Shown: positions 9,231 through 19,300 of the stretch, in pieces
Numbering within the stretch: position 1 is the first letter of the stretch
Layout: the number at the start of each line of letters is the position of its first letter
DNA from: a virus
IMG/VR virus record: IMGVR_UViG_3300045988_178965
Span: 1 to 64,000 of that record
Length of the DNA: 64,000 nucleotides
Strand: one strand, 5' to 3'
Made by a program: the position numbers and the translations under genes
Notes under the pieces: model-generated
What the model saw: the letters and a program-made list of their open reading frames with translations, nothing else
What the model was told of the DNA's origin: nothing
The model's database searches: none

Positions 9231-10631
9231 ATGCAAGATTACAAAAATCAGCCATTACACAAGGAAGAATATCATTCTGTGGGTGGCGATGCCACCCACA
9301 TTATTTTTAACTTCCCTGGATACGGCTATCTTTATATGGGCAGTCTTTTGTCGCTGTCCTACCAGATATTCAGAGACAAGGTCCCTGTATATAATTTGGG
9401 CAATACTAACATTGACGGATTCGCCATAGGCAAAAGATATGTGGCTGGGTCTATCGTTAAAACATCTTTCCTACATGACGACCTTCGCCAATTCATGCAA
9501 GATATCGCAGATGGTATTGGAATTAAAGAACCGGTCGATTCTATCTATCAATTAAAACTCGAAAAACAAAAGGCATATCATCACTTAATGGCGGATGACA
9601 TTTTGCCATTTGATATCATTATTCTTCTTAGTTCAGAATACGGAGGATTTTCCGTTTCAGAGGTTATCTATGGTGCAACTCTAATCAATTCTGGACAGGT
9701 TCATTCTATTCACGATCTTATTACTGAAAATACACTTTCATTTGTCGCTAGAGATGCTAGACAAACACGGAATAAAATTGGCAGCGTCGTATACGGCGAG
9801 GCTAAACATACAGGCGTAAAGGCATCACAGTTGTCTGGAGATTCCGTGAATTATAATAATAGCGATACATCATATTATTACGACAAATGGAATCAATCTG
9901 TAAACGACGCAGTCAAAAAGGGCACATGGTCACAAGACGAAATTAATCGAATCAACGCCTATTCTCAGCTTGCAGGTAATGGTACAAAAGCAGATGTGCC
10001 TCAAAGTTATATAGATGCAGCAAGAGAAGAGTATCGTAAACAGGGCGCAACAGATGCCCCAGATAGCACATCCGGTTCTAAGCCATCTGAGTATGATAGT
10101 AAATATATAGATAAGGCCTCGTTTAAATCAACAGCTCCTGGGTTTTTCGTTGATGACGGTGATACTGTATTTGTACACGCCAAAAATATAGATGGCTCAA
10201 ACTTCAAACAAGTACAGGAAGACGGCAATACCCACTTGCGTTTTATGGGTATCGACACTCCGGAAACTGACCATAATAAAGGTGATCATATAGACAGGGG
10301 TCAAGAGTACGGTTATGCCGCCAAAGATTTTTTAATTAAATATATAGCAGATGGCAGATGGGATAAGGATATTGACGACGGTGTGACAAAGATTACGGGC
10401 ACAGATGTATATGGCCGTAAATTGTTCTTCAATCCAAGATATGTCGAGGCTATCGTTGAGGCAGGTTTAGCATGGTTTAAACCAGAAGGTGCTAGACAGG
10501 CTGGTATGTCAGCAGAAGATATTAATAGGATTAAGAAGAAATATCATGATGCTAAAGCCAATAAGCGTGGGTTGTGGGGCGGCGAGAATATCGTAGATCC
10601 GGCAGCACATAGAAAAACTTGGAAGAAATAA
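9231..10631 (+). CDS. tail-tube-family paralog fused to a staphylococcal nuclease (SNase/thermonuclease) domain
   Basis: The N-terminal ~180 aa align by eye with the tube protein (KVPVYNLGNTNIDGFAIGKRYVAGSIV; ILPFDIIILLSSEYGGFSVSEVIYGATLINSGQVHSIHDLITENTLSFVARDARQ). The C-terminal aa ~303-455 (nt ~10137-10595) carry SNase hallmarks: DDGDTVFV, LRFMGIDTPET, EYGYAAKDFL, DVYGRKLFF, IVEAGLAW, KRGLWG. Confidence 0.8.
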   Translation: MQDYKNQPLHKEEYHSVGGDATHIIFNFPGYGYLYMGSLLSLSYQIFRDKVPVYNLGNTNIDGFAIGKRYVAGSIVKTSFLHDDLRQFMQDIADGIGIKEPVDSIYQLKLEKQKAYHHLMADDILPFDIIILLSSEYGGFSVSEVIYGATLINSGQVHSIHDLITENTLSFVARDARQTRNKIGSVVYGEAKHTGVKASQLSGDSVNYNNSDTSYYYDKWNQSVNDAVKKGTWSQDEINRINAYSQLAGNGTKADVPQSYIDAAREEYRKQGATDAPDSTSGSKPSEYDSKYIDKASFKSTAPGFFVDDGDTVFVHAKNIDGSNFKQVQEDGNTHLRFMGIDTPETDHNKGDHIDRGQEYGYAAKDFLIKYIADGRWDKDIDDGVTKITGTDVYGRKLFFNPRYVEAIVEAGLAWFKPEGARQAGMSAEDINRIKKKYHDAKANKRGLWGGENIVDPAAHRKTWKK

Positions 10632-11569
10632 TGGCTAAATCAAAATATAATATATCAAATACTAATGATGGTATTGTTGTATCTGTAGACGGCAATGTAG
10701 TTGACAATCAATCAAGAGAATATAATATAGGTCTTGAATATTCTTTAGCTAAAGAACTTTTGCCCGGGGCATCTGTTTCTGTAGATAAAATAGTTATAGA
10801 AAAGATGTACCCAAATATCAAGGATACAAGAAAAGGGTCTGTTGATTTCAAGCCAAAAGGCGTGCCAAAAGGTTCAAGCAAAGTAGACCCTGTTGATAAT
10901 ATGTCGGCTATCTCTTCAAAGGGTAGAGCTAGACCATATAACCCTAATCCAGGAGAAACAGACGCAGAAAGAGCTTTAGCTCATAAGAAAGTACAAACTG
11001 CATCATACGATGGACTGTATACAAAGTATTTCTCCTCTAGTGATTTTAATATATATATTGGCGACATTCTAATAGACAGAGCGGCCGGAATTGCTTTAAA
11101 TGAGACTCTAACAAGTACACCAATTTACACTATTGGTAATAGCAGATACGATTTTTTAGCCAGAGGCAATGTCCTAACAAATGGTATTATTAGAATCAAT
11201 AAGGCAGAGAAAGATTATCTAGCAAGAGTAATAGCTCATTACAGAGGAAGAACAAACGAGTTTAGAATCCTAAGTCCATATGAGCAAATACAATTAACAT
11301 CAGAAGAATTAGCCAAGTATAGAAAACAGTTAAAAGAATATCAAAACGAACAAGTATCAGCTAAATCCGTATTAGACTGGGCAGACCTAGGCACCTTTAC
11401 AATAAATATGGTATATAACAATTCTGATGCTGTTACAGAGGGTGTTCAACAACGCATATCTATTGTAGAATGTAGAATAGTTGGGTATGAACATTCAGTA
11501 GATATAGGCTCAGATGGCCAGTTAATTGATGGATATAAATTCATCGCTAAAGAGGTAATTCCAGAATGA
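10631..11569 (+). CDS. tail-tube-family paralog 3 (possible tube initiator or terminator)
   Basis: ATG at 10631 overlaps the upstream stop (TAATG); the track ORF begins at a TTG at 10619. It shares the tube blocks (TPIYTIGNSRYDFLARGNVLTNGIIRI; ISIVECRIVGYEHSVDIGSDGQLIDGYKFIAKEVIP). Confidence 0.55.
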   Translation: MAKSKYNISNTNDGIVVSVDGNVVDNQSREYNIGLEYSLAKELLPGASVSVDKIVIEKMYPNIKDTRKGSVDFKPKGVPKGSSKVDPVDNMSAISSKGRARPYNPNPGETDAERALAHKKVQTASYDGLYTKYFSSSDFNIYIGDILIDRAAGIALNETLTSTPIYTIGNSRYDFLARGNVLTNGIIRINKAEKDYLARVIAHYRGRTNEFRILSPYEQIQLTSEELAKYRKQLKEYQNEQVSAKSVLDWADLGTFTINMVYNNSDAVTEGVQQRISIVECRIVGYEHSVDIGSDGQLIDGYKFIAKEVIPE

Positions 11570-12051
11570 GAGTTGAAAAAATTGAAGGGTTAGAATCATT
11601 ACCACCAGATGATCTATCCCCTGACGAACACGAACAGTTGGCACAGGCCAAAGAAAGCGCTGAGGAAGAGCAAAAGGAACAGACGGATATTGATCTCCTT
11701 CTTAATGCTCTTTCTGATAAAGAAGATGCTCCAAAGGTTTATGATATTGAAGCATGGCTAGAAAAATACGGTACAATCCATGTATCATCAGTTCTAGGTG
11801 GTAAGGATATATTTATTTGGCGCGTATTAAGACGCCAGGAATATTCCAATATGATTAAACAGGGTATGATGGACAATGAGATTCGCGCAGAGGATTCTGT
11901 AGTTCGACGTTGCCTATTGTACCCAGAAGCAAAACAAGAGTTCCTAACCACTGCTCCTGCAGGTTTTATTTCTACATTAAAAGAGCAAATTATGTATCGC
12001 TCAGGATTCGTTCCACTGCAGCAAGCATATTCACAAATTAAGATCCTATAA
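11566..12051 (+). CDS. acidic small protein, putative tail assembly chaperone (by position)
   Basis: 161-aa ORF with an acidic N-terminus. One of two small genes immediately upstream of the tape-measure-like gene. ATGA overlap with the previous gene. Confidence 0.35.
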   Translation: MRVEKIEGLESLPPDDLSPDEHEQLAQAKESAEEEQKEQTDIDLLLNALSDKEDAPKVYDIEAWLEKYGTIHVSSVLGGKDIFIWRVLRRQEYSNMIKQGMMDNEIRAEDSVVRRCLLYPEAKQEFLTTAPAGFISTLKEQIMYRSGFVPLQQAYSQIKIL

Positions 12052-12581
12052 TGAGTGCATTAGATTTGAAGACGGGGACAGTCGTTATCCCCTTTAACAA
12101 CACCCCTATTCAAATCGAGGGGCGAATGTTTAAAAACCTATCAGTATTAGCTAGACTAATGTCTATGACTGAACTAGATAGGGCTATGCGCATTAACCTA
12201 GAAGATGCGGCAACCGAGGACGAATTATACGAAGAGATTTTTAAATCATGTGTAATAGATGTCCCCGGAATACCAAAAGGTGTAGACTACAATAATTCCT
12301 CAGCCGGATTTGTATCCACTGTTGGTAAAATTATTTTTATAAAGTCAAAAGAGTACGTGGAAGATCCATTCGGTGCATATGATAGAGCAGTAGAATCTGT
12401 ACCAATGGTAGAGGCAATGGCGGCCGTCATCTCTAGATTTCTAGGAATAAAATACACAGAAGCAAAATCTCTTCCTATTAATGACTTATTCGAAATGTAT
12501 GCGGCTTGTCACGTTGCATTTCCAAACGAAGTTGCTCCTATTGTTAAGCAAGAAGAAGAAAGAGGGGGTCCTCCAGTATGA
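12051..12581 (+). CDS. putative tail assembly chaperone (by position)
   Basis: 176-aa ORF with a TAATG overlap upstream and an ATGA overlap downstream. No slippery or frameshift signal recognised. Confidence 0.35.
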   Translation: MSALDLKTGTVVIPFNNTPIQIEGRMFKNLSVLARLMSMTELDRAMRINLEDAATEDELYEEIFKSCVIDVPGIPKGVDYNNSSAGFVSTVGKIIFIKSKEYVEDPFGAYDRAVESVPMVEAMAAVISRFLGIKYTEAKSLPINDLFEMYAACHVAFPNEVAPIVKQEEERGGPPV

Positions 12582-15500
12582 TAGCATCTAATTTAGGATG
12601 GTCCGCTATAAATGATTATAGGGATAGACAAGATAGCAGTATGGCTCATCGTAGAATACTGATGGACTCTCAGACTATCGAAGAAAATAAATCAGAACAG
12701 GAAGCCAGAGATATAGTCGGCTCTGTTATGAAATACGGGCTAACTCTTGAAGCTATAGTATTAGCCAATAAAGCTTTAAAAAACAAGGAAGTACAAAGAA
12801 AGGCTGAACGTTATGTAAAACTTAGCTATCTTGCTGACTCTATTAGGGGCACAAAGCAAGATGCTCTTAGCGTATTTGGCGGGGGGAAAGTTACCTTAGC
12901 AAACTTGTCTATGAACGTGGCAAGGGCGTTCGAGGAGCTTTCCCCTTTTTCTATTTTAAGAACATTTAATACTTCACATATATTGGCACCATTTGCAACA
13001 GCAGAATCTGAATTTGAATTCTCCTCTGACTTGTTAAAAGCGCAGAAAAGATACTTTAAATTTCTATCATCTAAATATGGTGAACGAGAATTAACGGATG
13101 CTGACTTTGAAGCCGGACTAAAATACTCTAAGGGCAAACTATTAGACGCGTCTGGCAATACGGTAATTCAAAATACAAGGTTAACACTAACTGAATTCGC
13201 CGGTACAGAGCCAGGACATACTGCTACATCAAATTATAATAAAATTCTACGCAGACATATAGCCGTAAATGAGGGTGCTTCATTTTTTGCGAAAAAAGAG
13301 ATTGGCGATCTTTCAAAAAGTGTTCCTGCTCATAATCCATTTACAATTATCGCAGCTGATAAAAATGCGAGTATAGGTAAGGAATGGATGAAGTCTGTTG
13401 TTGGACAAGCAGTAGCTCAAGGTTTCAATATGGTTAATGAGCCGCTTGGATTCTTAGAAGAGACTGGCGGTACATTAATAAATAGAGACTCCACCCTATT
13501 TAAGATGATTGGTAAATATGGGCGAATCAATCCCAATGCAACATCAGAATCAACAATCAAGGAATTAACAACTGGTTACGCAAAACACGGTATAGCAAAA
13601 ATGGCCGCTCTTGCGGCTGGCTATTATGCTTTAGACAATGCATCTAAGATAATAGGTACAGATAGCTCAGGATTTGGCCATGGCATATCAGAGGGATTGG
13701 CAACAACATTTCTTGGTGCTAAATTACTATATGCAGAAACAGTATCCGATAGATTCGAAGAGTATAGACAAGAGCAAGAATATGTTGCACCAGGCTCTAC
13801 CTCACTATTGAAATTAGCAGGTTTCCCTCTAGCCGGAGCAATGGCTGGCGGTACATTAGCATATGGTAGACGTACACTTCCTGCAGCAATTGCAAATGAT
13901 GGATACATTCGCTCAACAAGAGATGCCGCAAAAGAAAGCTTTATATTCGGACGAAGTGTAGCAACACTTGCAATTAATACGCCGGTCCAAGATGCATTAG
14001 CAGTCGGAACAAGAGCCAGAAGATTTGCAACAAGAGGCGCAGCAATAGGTGCATTATTTGCTTTACCATTCTTACCAGGTGCATTGATTGGCGAAAGTAG
14101 TGATGATATAAGGGCAGAATATCTTGAAGGAAAAGATGTAGCTATTCGTAAAAATAGAGGATGGTTCTCTTCTTCTACACCAATAGAAGGTGAAGGCGTA
14201 AAATACTTCACAAAAAACTGGTATCAAAGATTAATGGCCGACAATAAGGATAAAATCCTTTATGGTGACCAAGATACCAAAGAGGATTTAGATCCATTCC
14301 TTAGCCCATTCGACTACCTTAGAAATCCATACAGATTAGAAGAAATGCACCAAGAAGATATGCCATATCCTGTATGGGGCATGGACGTATCTATGGGTGG
14401 ATGGATTGGACGAGGTCTACAGATGGCATTTGGAGATGCTATCAAGCCGGACCTAATTAATCCAAGAATGAAAGCATTGACTGGAGAGTTACAAGGGTCT
14501 GGTGAGCCCGCAATAATCCCATCGCTATCAATAACCCAGAACGTTTCAAATAAACAAATGTCGCTTATAGGCGAGGGTAAAAGCACATATGGCGAACTCG
14601 CTAAGTATGACCCCAATACGGAGTCTGCGAACTATATCGTATCTTCCGGCCTAGACTTTATAGGTTTAAAAGGATGGGCAGCGTCTGGCGTTCTTAAAGA
14701 TTTTGGGTTAGGTATTCCGGAGTTAAAAACACAATATGCTCGATCAGGAGAAGCTACCAACGTAGCCAAAGAGTTTGAGGCACAGAACTTGGGTGGTATG
14801 CTTGGCGCAGCTGACGTAACAAGACGTATTATTCCGATGTCTGCCGATGTAACCGGAGAGCGATTCAATCCTTTGAGTAATACAGTCTCGCCAGAATGGT
14901 TGCCTAGTGGTGGTTACTTTAACGACTTTTCAAAGGGTGCATTTTGGGACAAAGTAGAAAACGGATACGATAGACTTCCCGGTAAGGGCTATGAAACATG
15001 GAATCCTGAACTATCTGGGGTTGATCCTAATGACTATCCTGATATACATAAATTCGAAATTTTATCAGATGTTGCATTTGGTAGTAATGAATACTACAAA
15101 ATGTATGAAAAGATGGAGGATTTATATAGGAGAAAAGTTGCTGGCGAAGAGACAGAAATGTCTGATGAGGATGCAGCAAGATTCGAAGAGATTTACATAC
15201 AGTCTCAGGAGCGTTCAAGAAAGAAAAGATTCTTCGAGTATAAAACAGAAGAAGAACTTGAAGGTGTTTCTATGTGGGGAAGAATGCTTGGCTCAATATG
15301 GGAAAGCACAACACATAATGCCGAGTTGTCAACCGAACGTTTAACATTCTTCCGTCCGGCCGGTAAGCTATTACATCAAAGGACAGCAATAGAGGACTAT
15401 GTAAAAACACAGCTATCAGAAGGTGACACTGCATTGTGGAATAAGCCATACGAACACTTTATAAGGCCGTTCGTAGAGGACTCATACAAATACATAGATT

Positions 15501-16348
15501 CTGAGCATGTTCCAGGATACATTCAAGAGCGTAGAAACGTTGACAATTATTTCGACGCACTTGAGTTCTACAAACAAATGCAAATCTATCGTAAGTCTGC
15601 TGGCGTAAATAACTACGAAGCTACAATGGCAAAAGAGAAAGCCAACAGGACAGTTTACGGTGCAGTTGCGTCAGGCCTTGATACAAGACAAGATGTAGAG
15701 TCTGCATATAGTGCACTATCAGATAATGAGAGGGCATACTTCTCATCATTTGTTAATGCAAAAGAATCGGACAGAAATAAGATATCAAGAATTGTTGACG
15801 GTAATAATATCTCTGATATGTACCGCATGTTGTGGGCTAGAAAAGACGCTATTGAAAACGGCGATGATATTTCTGCATTGATTCAGCAAGAAGAACAGGA
15901 TCTAATTGATAACAACCGGTCTGCATATTTAGCGTATAAAAATAGCAAAGACGCAGATATAGGAATCTCATTTAGAGAATACGTCCAAGAACTAAGAGCC
16001 GCATCTTTAATAGAAGAGGCAACAGGTATACCAACAGAAGATTTCTCTGGATGGGATCCGAGAATAGAAATTAAAGATGTAAAACTAAGGGCTCTTCAGT
16101 TGTCAAAAGAGGACGTTAGAGAATATGGATTCTGGCAGTCTGATGAAGACAATTTGGCTAGGCAATCATATCTTCTAAATGAAGATCAGGTAACAACACA
16201 ATTAGGCTCAATAAAAGAAACAAGAGCAAGACGAGAGTTTCAAGAATCACTATTAATAAAAGATCAGTTGATGAAAAGAGGAATATTTGCAAAAGATATC
16301 CGATTCTCAAACACTGGATTCAGTGATCAAAATATAAATATAGGTTAA
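12578..16348 (+). CDS. tape-measure-like protein (1256 aa)
   Basis: Large ORF after the two chaperone-position genes. Gly/Ala-rich hydrophobic stretches (e.g. KMAALAAGYYALDN, LAGFPLAGAMAGGTLAYG, RGAAIGALFALPFLPGALIG) and a long predicted-helical remainder, as is typical of tape measures. Confidence 0.5.
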   Translation: MIASNLGWSAINDYRDRQDSSMAHRRILMDSQTIEENKSEQEARDIVGSVMKYGLTLEAIVLANKALKNKEVQRKAERYVKLSYLADSIRGTKQDALSVFGGGKVTLANLSMNVARAFEELSPFSILRTFNTSHILAPFATAESEFEFSSDLLKAQKRYFKFLSSKYGERELTDADFEAGLKYSKGKLLDASGNTVIQNTRLTLTEFAGTEPGHTATSNYNKILRRHIAVNEGASFFAKKEIGDLSKSVPAHNPFTIIAADKNASIGKEWMKSVVGQAVAQGFNMVNEPLGFLEETGGTLINRDSTLFKMIGKYGRINPNATSESTIKELTTGYAKHGIAKMAALAAGYYALDNASKIIGTDSSGFGHGISEGLATTFLGAKLLYAETVSDRFEEYRQEQEYVAPGSTSLLKLAGFPLAGAMAGGTLAYGRRTLPAAIANDGYIRSTRDAAKESFIFGRSVATLAINTPVQDALAVGTRARRFATRGAAIGALFALPFLPGALIGESSDDIRAEYLEGKDVAIRKNRGWFSSSTPIEGEGVKYFTKNWYQRLMADNKDKILYGDQDTKEDLDPFLSPFDYLRNPYRLEEMHQEDMPYPVWGMDVSMGGWIGRGLQMAFGDAIKPDLINPRMKALTGELQGSGEPAIIPSLSITQNVSNKQMSLIGEGKSTYGELAKYDPNTESANYIVSSGLDFIGLKGWAASGVLKDFGLGIPELKTQYARSGEATNVAKEFEAQNLGGMLGAADVTRRIIPMSADVTGERFNPLSNTVSPEWLPSGGYFNDFSKGAFWDKVENGYDRLPGKGYETWNPELSGVDPNDYPDIHKFEILSDVAFGSNEYYKMYEKMEDLYRRKVAGEETEMSDEDAARFEEIYIQSQERSRKKRFFEYKTEEELEGVSMWGRMLGSIWESTTHNAELSTERLTFFRPAGKLLHQRTAIEDYVKTQLSEGDTALWNKPYEHFIRPFVEDSYKYIDSEHVPGYIQERRNVDNYFDALEFYKQMQIYRKSAGVNNYEATMAKEKANRTVYGAVASGLDTRQDVESAYSALSDNERAYFSSFVNAKESDRNKISRIVDGNNISDMYRMLWARKDAIENGDDISALIQQEEQDLIDNNRSAYLAYKNSKDADIGISFREYVQELRAASLIEEATGIPTEDFSGWDPRIEIKDVKLRALQLSKEDVREYGFWQSDEDNLARQSYLLNEDQVTTQLGSIKETRARREFQESLLIKDQLMKRGIFAKDIRFSNTGFSDQNINIG

Positions 16349-16351
16349 TAT

Positions 16352-19300
16352 ATGGCAATGAATAATCTAGTGCTCGGCGGTGCTACCGTCGGCTTTATGG
16401 CAGGTGACCCAATTGACAGTCCGATTTCATCCATCGCTGGCATTGGATTAGGAGCCTTGATTGGTTCTTCAATCGAAGTGGTTAAATCAAATAGAAGAGA
16501 GCGCCTACCTCGTGGTGCATCTGATATTAGAGTTGACCCAACCAAATTGAATAGTAGAGCAAACAGGGCATTAACAGAAGATGGCTATGCCGAAGAAATG
16601 CAACGGCAAGCTAAGCGTCATAATGCAATGACAAGATATTCTGGTAGAAGAAGTATTCGTGAGGTAACGGCAGAGGCTCAAAAGAACAGTGGCATTGTTA
16701 CAGAGTCTATGAGAACTGCCGCAGTTGAACGTGCAAACAGCTCTGTCTCTAAATGGGAAAGTGCCGTTTTGCACAACTTCAACTCTTTGTCTAATATGGA
16801 TTTATCAGAAACATTAGGTCAAAGTGGTGCAATGAAATTTATCCGCGGGGAATATGCCGCAGATGAATTATCAAACCTAGTTGCTAGTGGTAAGCTAACA
16901 GATGAGCACTTCAAAATGCTAAGACGTGCATCATCAAACGAAATGATTTCATCAGAAGTGAAGGCCGGAGAAATCAACTACTCTTCTAAATTAAGAACAG
17001 TAGATATGAGCTGGGTTCAGAACAAAGAAGTGCAGAATATAGGCTCTCTTTCAATTGACAGAACAGCCAGTAAGGAAGAGAAGATAAATGCACTTAAAGG
17101 TTATCTGTCTCAGACATTAGGCCATGATGATGCATTCGCCAATAGATTTGCACATAACATTAGTAATTTCTATCCTGGCGCCGCAATTGACATTTCAAAT
17201 TCCGACATCTCTATTAGAATGCCGAATGGTGAAGTAATTAAAGACCTTATCCCAGTGAGAAGGGACGGAGTATTACAATATGCGAAGAATGGTAATATAT
17301 ATGAAGGAAAGCTATATCAACCATTCATAGATTCTATTGGGGCATCTCTAGGCGGTATAGAATTAGCATCCCTATCATCAGACGGTAAGAGTATCGTTAT
17401 TAATTCCGCTATTACTAATAATGCTATAATAGACGGATTTACTAATCTTGAAGTTGCAGGATTCATGAATCATGTAGAGGGAACACCATACGGCAAAGCA
17501 CTAGAGAAAGTAAACAGTCTTGGTGCTTATGTTGGACCAGATGATGGAAGTAATCCAGTTAGGGATCCATCTCTTGATACAAGACTCCAATTCAGTCAGT
17601 CCGAAGATGGGAAAATAGTAAGAATAAAAGACGCAGGCTCTCTTGAGGATCAAAGAAGAATTGCCAATATATTTGAACGAGAGTTGATTAATCAGACAGG
17701 ATTATCAATAGCTCCATCGAATATTCGTTCAAGAACTTTCAATGTGCCAAGCGTCGACCAGGCCAAACGACCAGTAGGAGGAATAACGCCACATCCAGAA
17801 CGTCAAACAGGTGTAATACAAAGAAACACCGTTATCGATCTTGCAAATACAACGCACGAAGAGACAAGACGTATTGCCGGTGCTTCCAAATTACTAGTAG
17901 AGCAAGGGCTTGGTCATAATTTTAGCGGAGCAATTCTAGCATCTATCGCCGGACATGATAGCAACTTTAATCGTACTATTGGTAGCGCGATAATGGGTAT
18001 GGTACTAGAGGATGGTAAGACAGAACAGATGCTCAAAGGCATTCATCTAAATGCTCCAGGAACCGTTCGTCTTGGACAAGGTGCATTTACGGGTACAGAA
18101 GAACAAATTGCCAAGATGGGGCAAATCCAGAATGGCAATAGTATTTCCTATAAAGGCGGCGAAAGTATAGGTTTCTTCGGTGGCAAAGAATATGCCATTC
18201 CAAAGACAGTAGACTCGTTTACAGTTTCGAGAATAGAAAATACTAGAGATGGATACAAATTTATCGGCACTAATAATGTTATTACTGATACAGACTCAAA
18301 CTCTGGTATAAAAATCTTCAACGATGTCAAATCCACTTCTACGTATAGAACAGAGCGTGACTTTGCATTAAAGGAAATTATAGATAGATTTGAGAGAGAG
18401 GGTTCAATCTCAATGGAGAATGGATCTGTTGTAGTCTCATCAAAAAATACTGGAAACCTTGAAAGGCACAGTCAGCTACAGAAGGTTCTACCTGAAGGCC
18501 GTAGTAGATTCTCGCCAAAAGAGTTTAGGGGTGCTGTTGAAAAGTTTGTAGAGCAAAACGGCGCAGAACTAGATGTTGCATTGTCAAAAGTTAGAAATAC
18601 ATACAGAGACATCAACGTTCGTTCAGAAGACTTCAAAACAGGTTACACTCTTCAAGGCTTAGAAGTTAGCAACTTCAGAGATAAAGGCCAAATTAATAGA
18701 GCTAAAAATATAATCGGAGAAGTTATAACTAATAGCGGGTTAGATGTATCAGGTGAATTGCCAAAAGATGCTCCGCAGGCACTGAAGGATTTGCAACATT
18801 CATTCAGTAAACTATCAGAGGCTGGACTAGATTCAAACGAGGCAGGCAATGAAGCTAAACGAGCAAGGGCAAGTTTATTCGCAGCCAAATCCATCGAGGA
18901 CGCCAAATTCTCTAATATTGCATTGGGTACTATGTTAGGAAACCTGTCACAAGCCCACGATAAAGCACTTAACCGAGGAAAAACATTAACCTTAGATTTC
19001 GCACTGGGTGATGGCTCCACTGTCCCTATACAAATAGGCAAGGATAAAGATATTTCTTCTGCAATGGCCGAGTTTATTAAGGCATCAAGCAAACGTCAAA
19101 ACTTATACTCTTCAGGCAAGATTGGTTATGACCAAATGTATGGCGCAATTAAACATGACTATGGCAAACTAGAATCGCTGGGTGCCAATATGAGTCTATT
19201 TAACCTAGCCGGTTTACGTCCAGGTACAGCAGCACTTACAGGTGAATCAAGTCGTGGTCAGAAGATGTCTTGGATGGCTATGAGTAAATTTGATAATTTA

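Noticed and set aside
11566-12581. Programmed -1 frameshift (G/GT-type) between the two chaperone-position genes upstream of the tape measure.
   Set aside because: The two ORFs are joined by a simple TAATG stop/start overlap. I saw no slippery heptamer and no extended overlapping frame.
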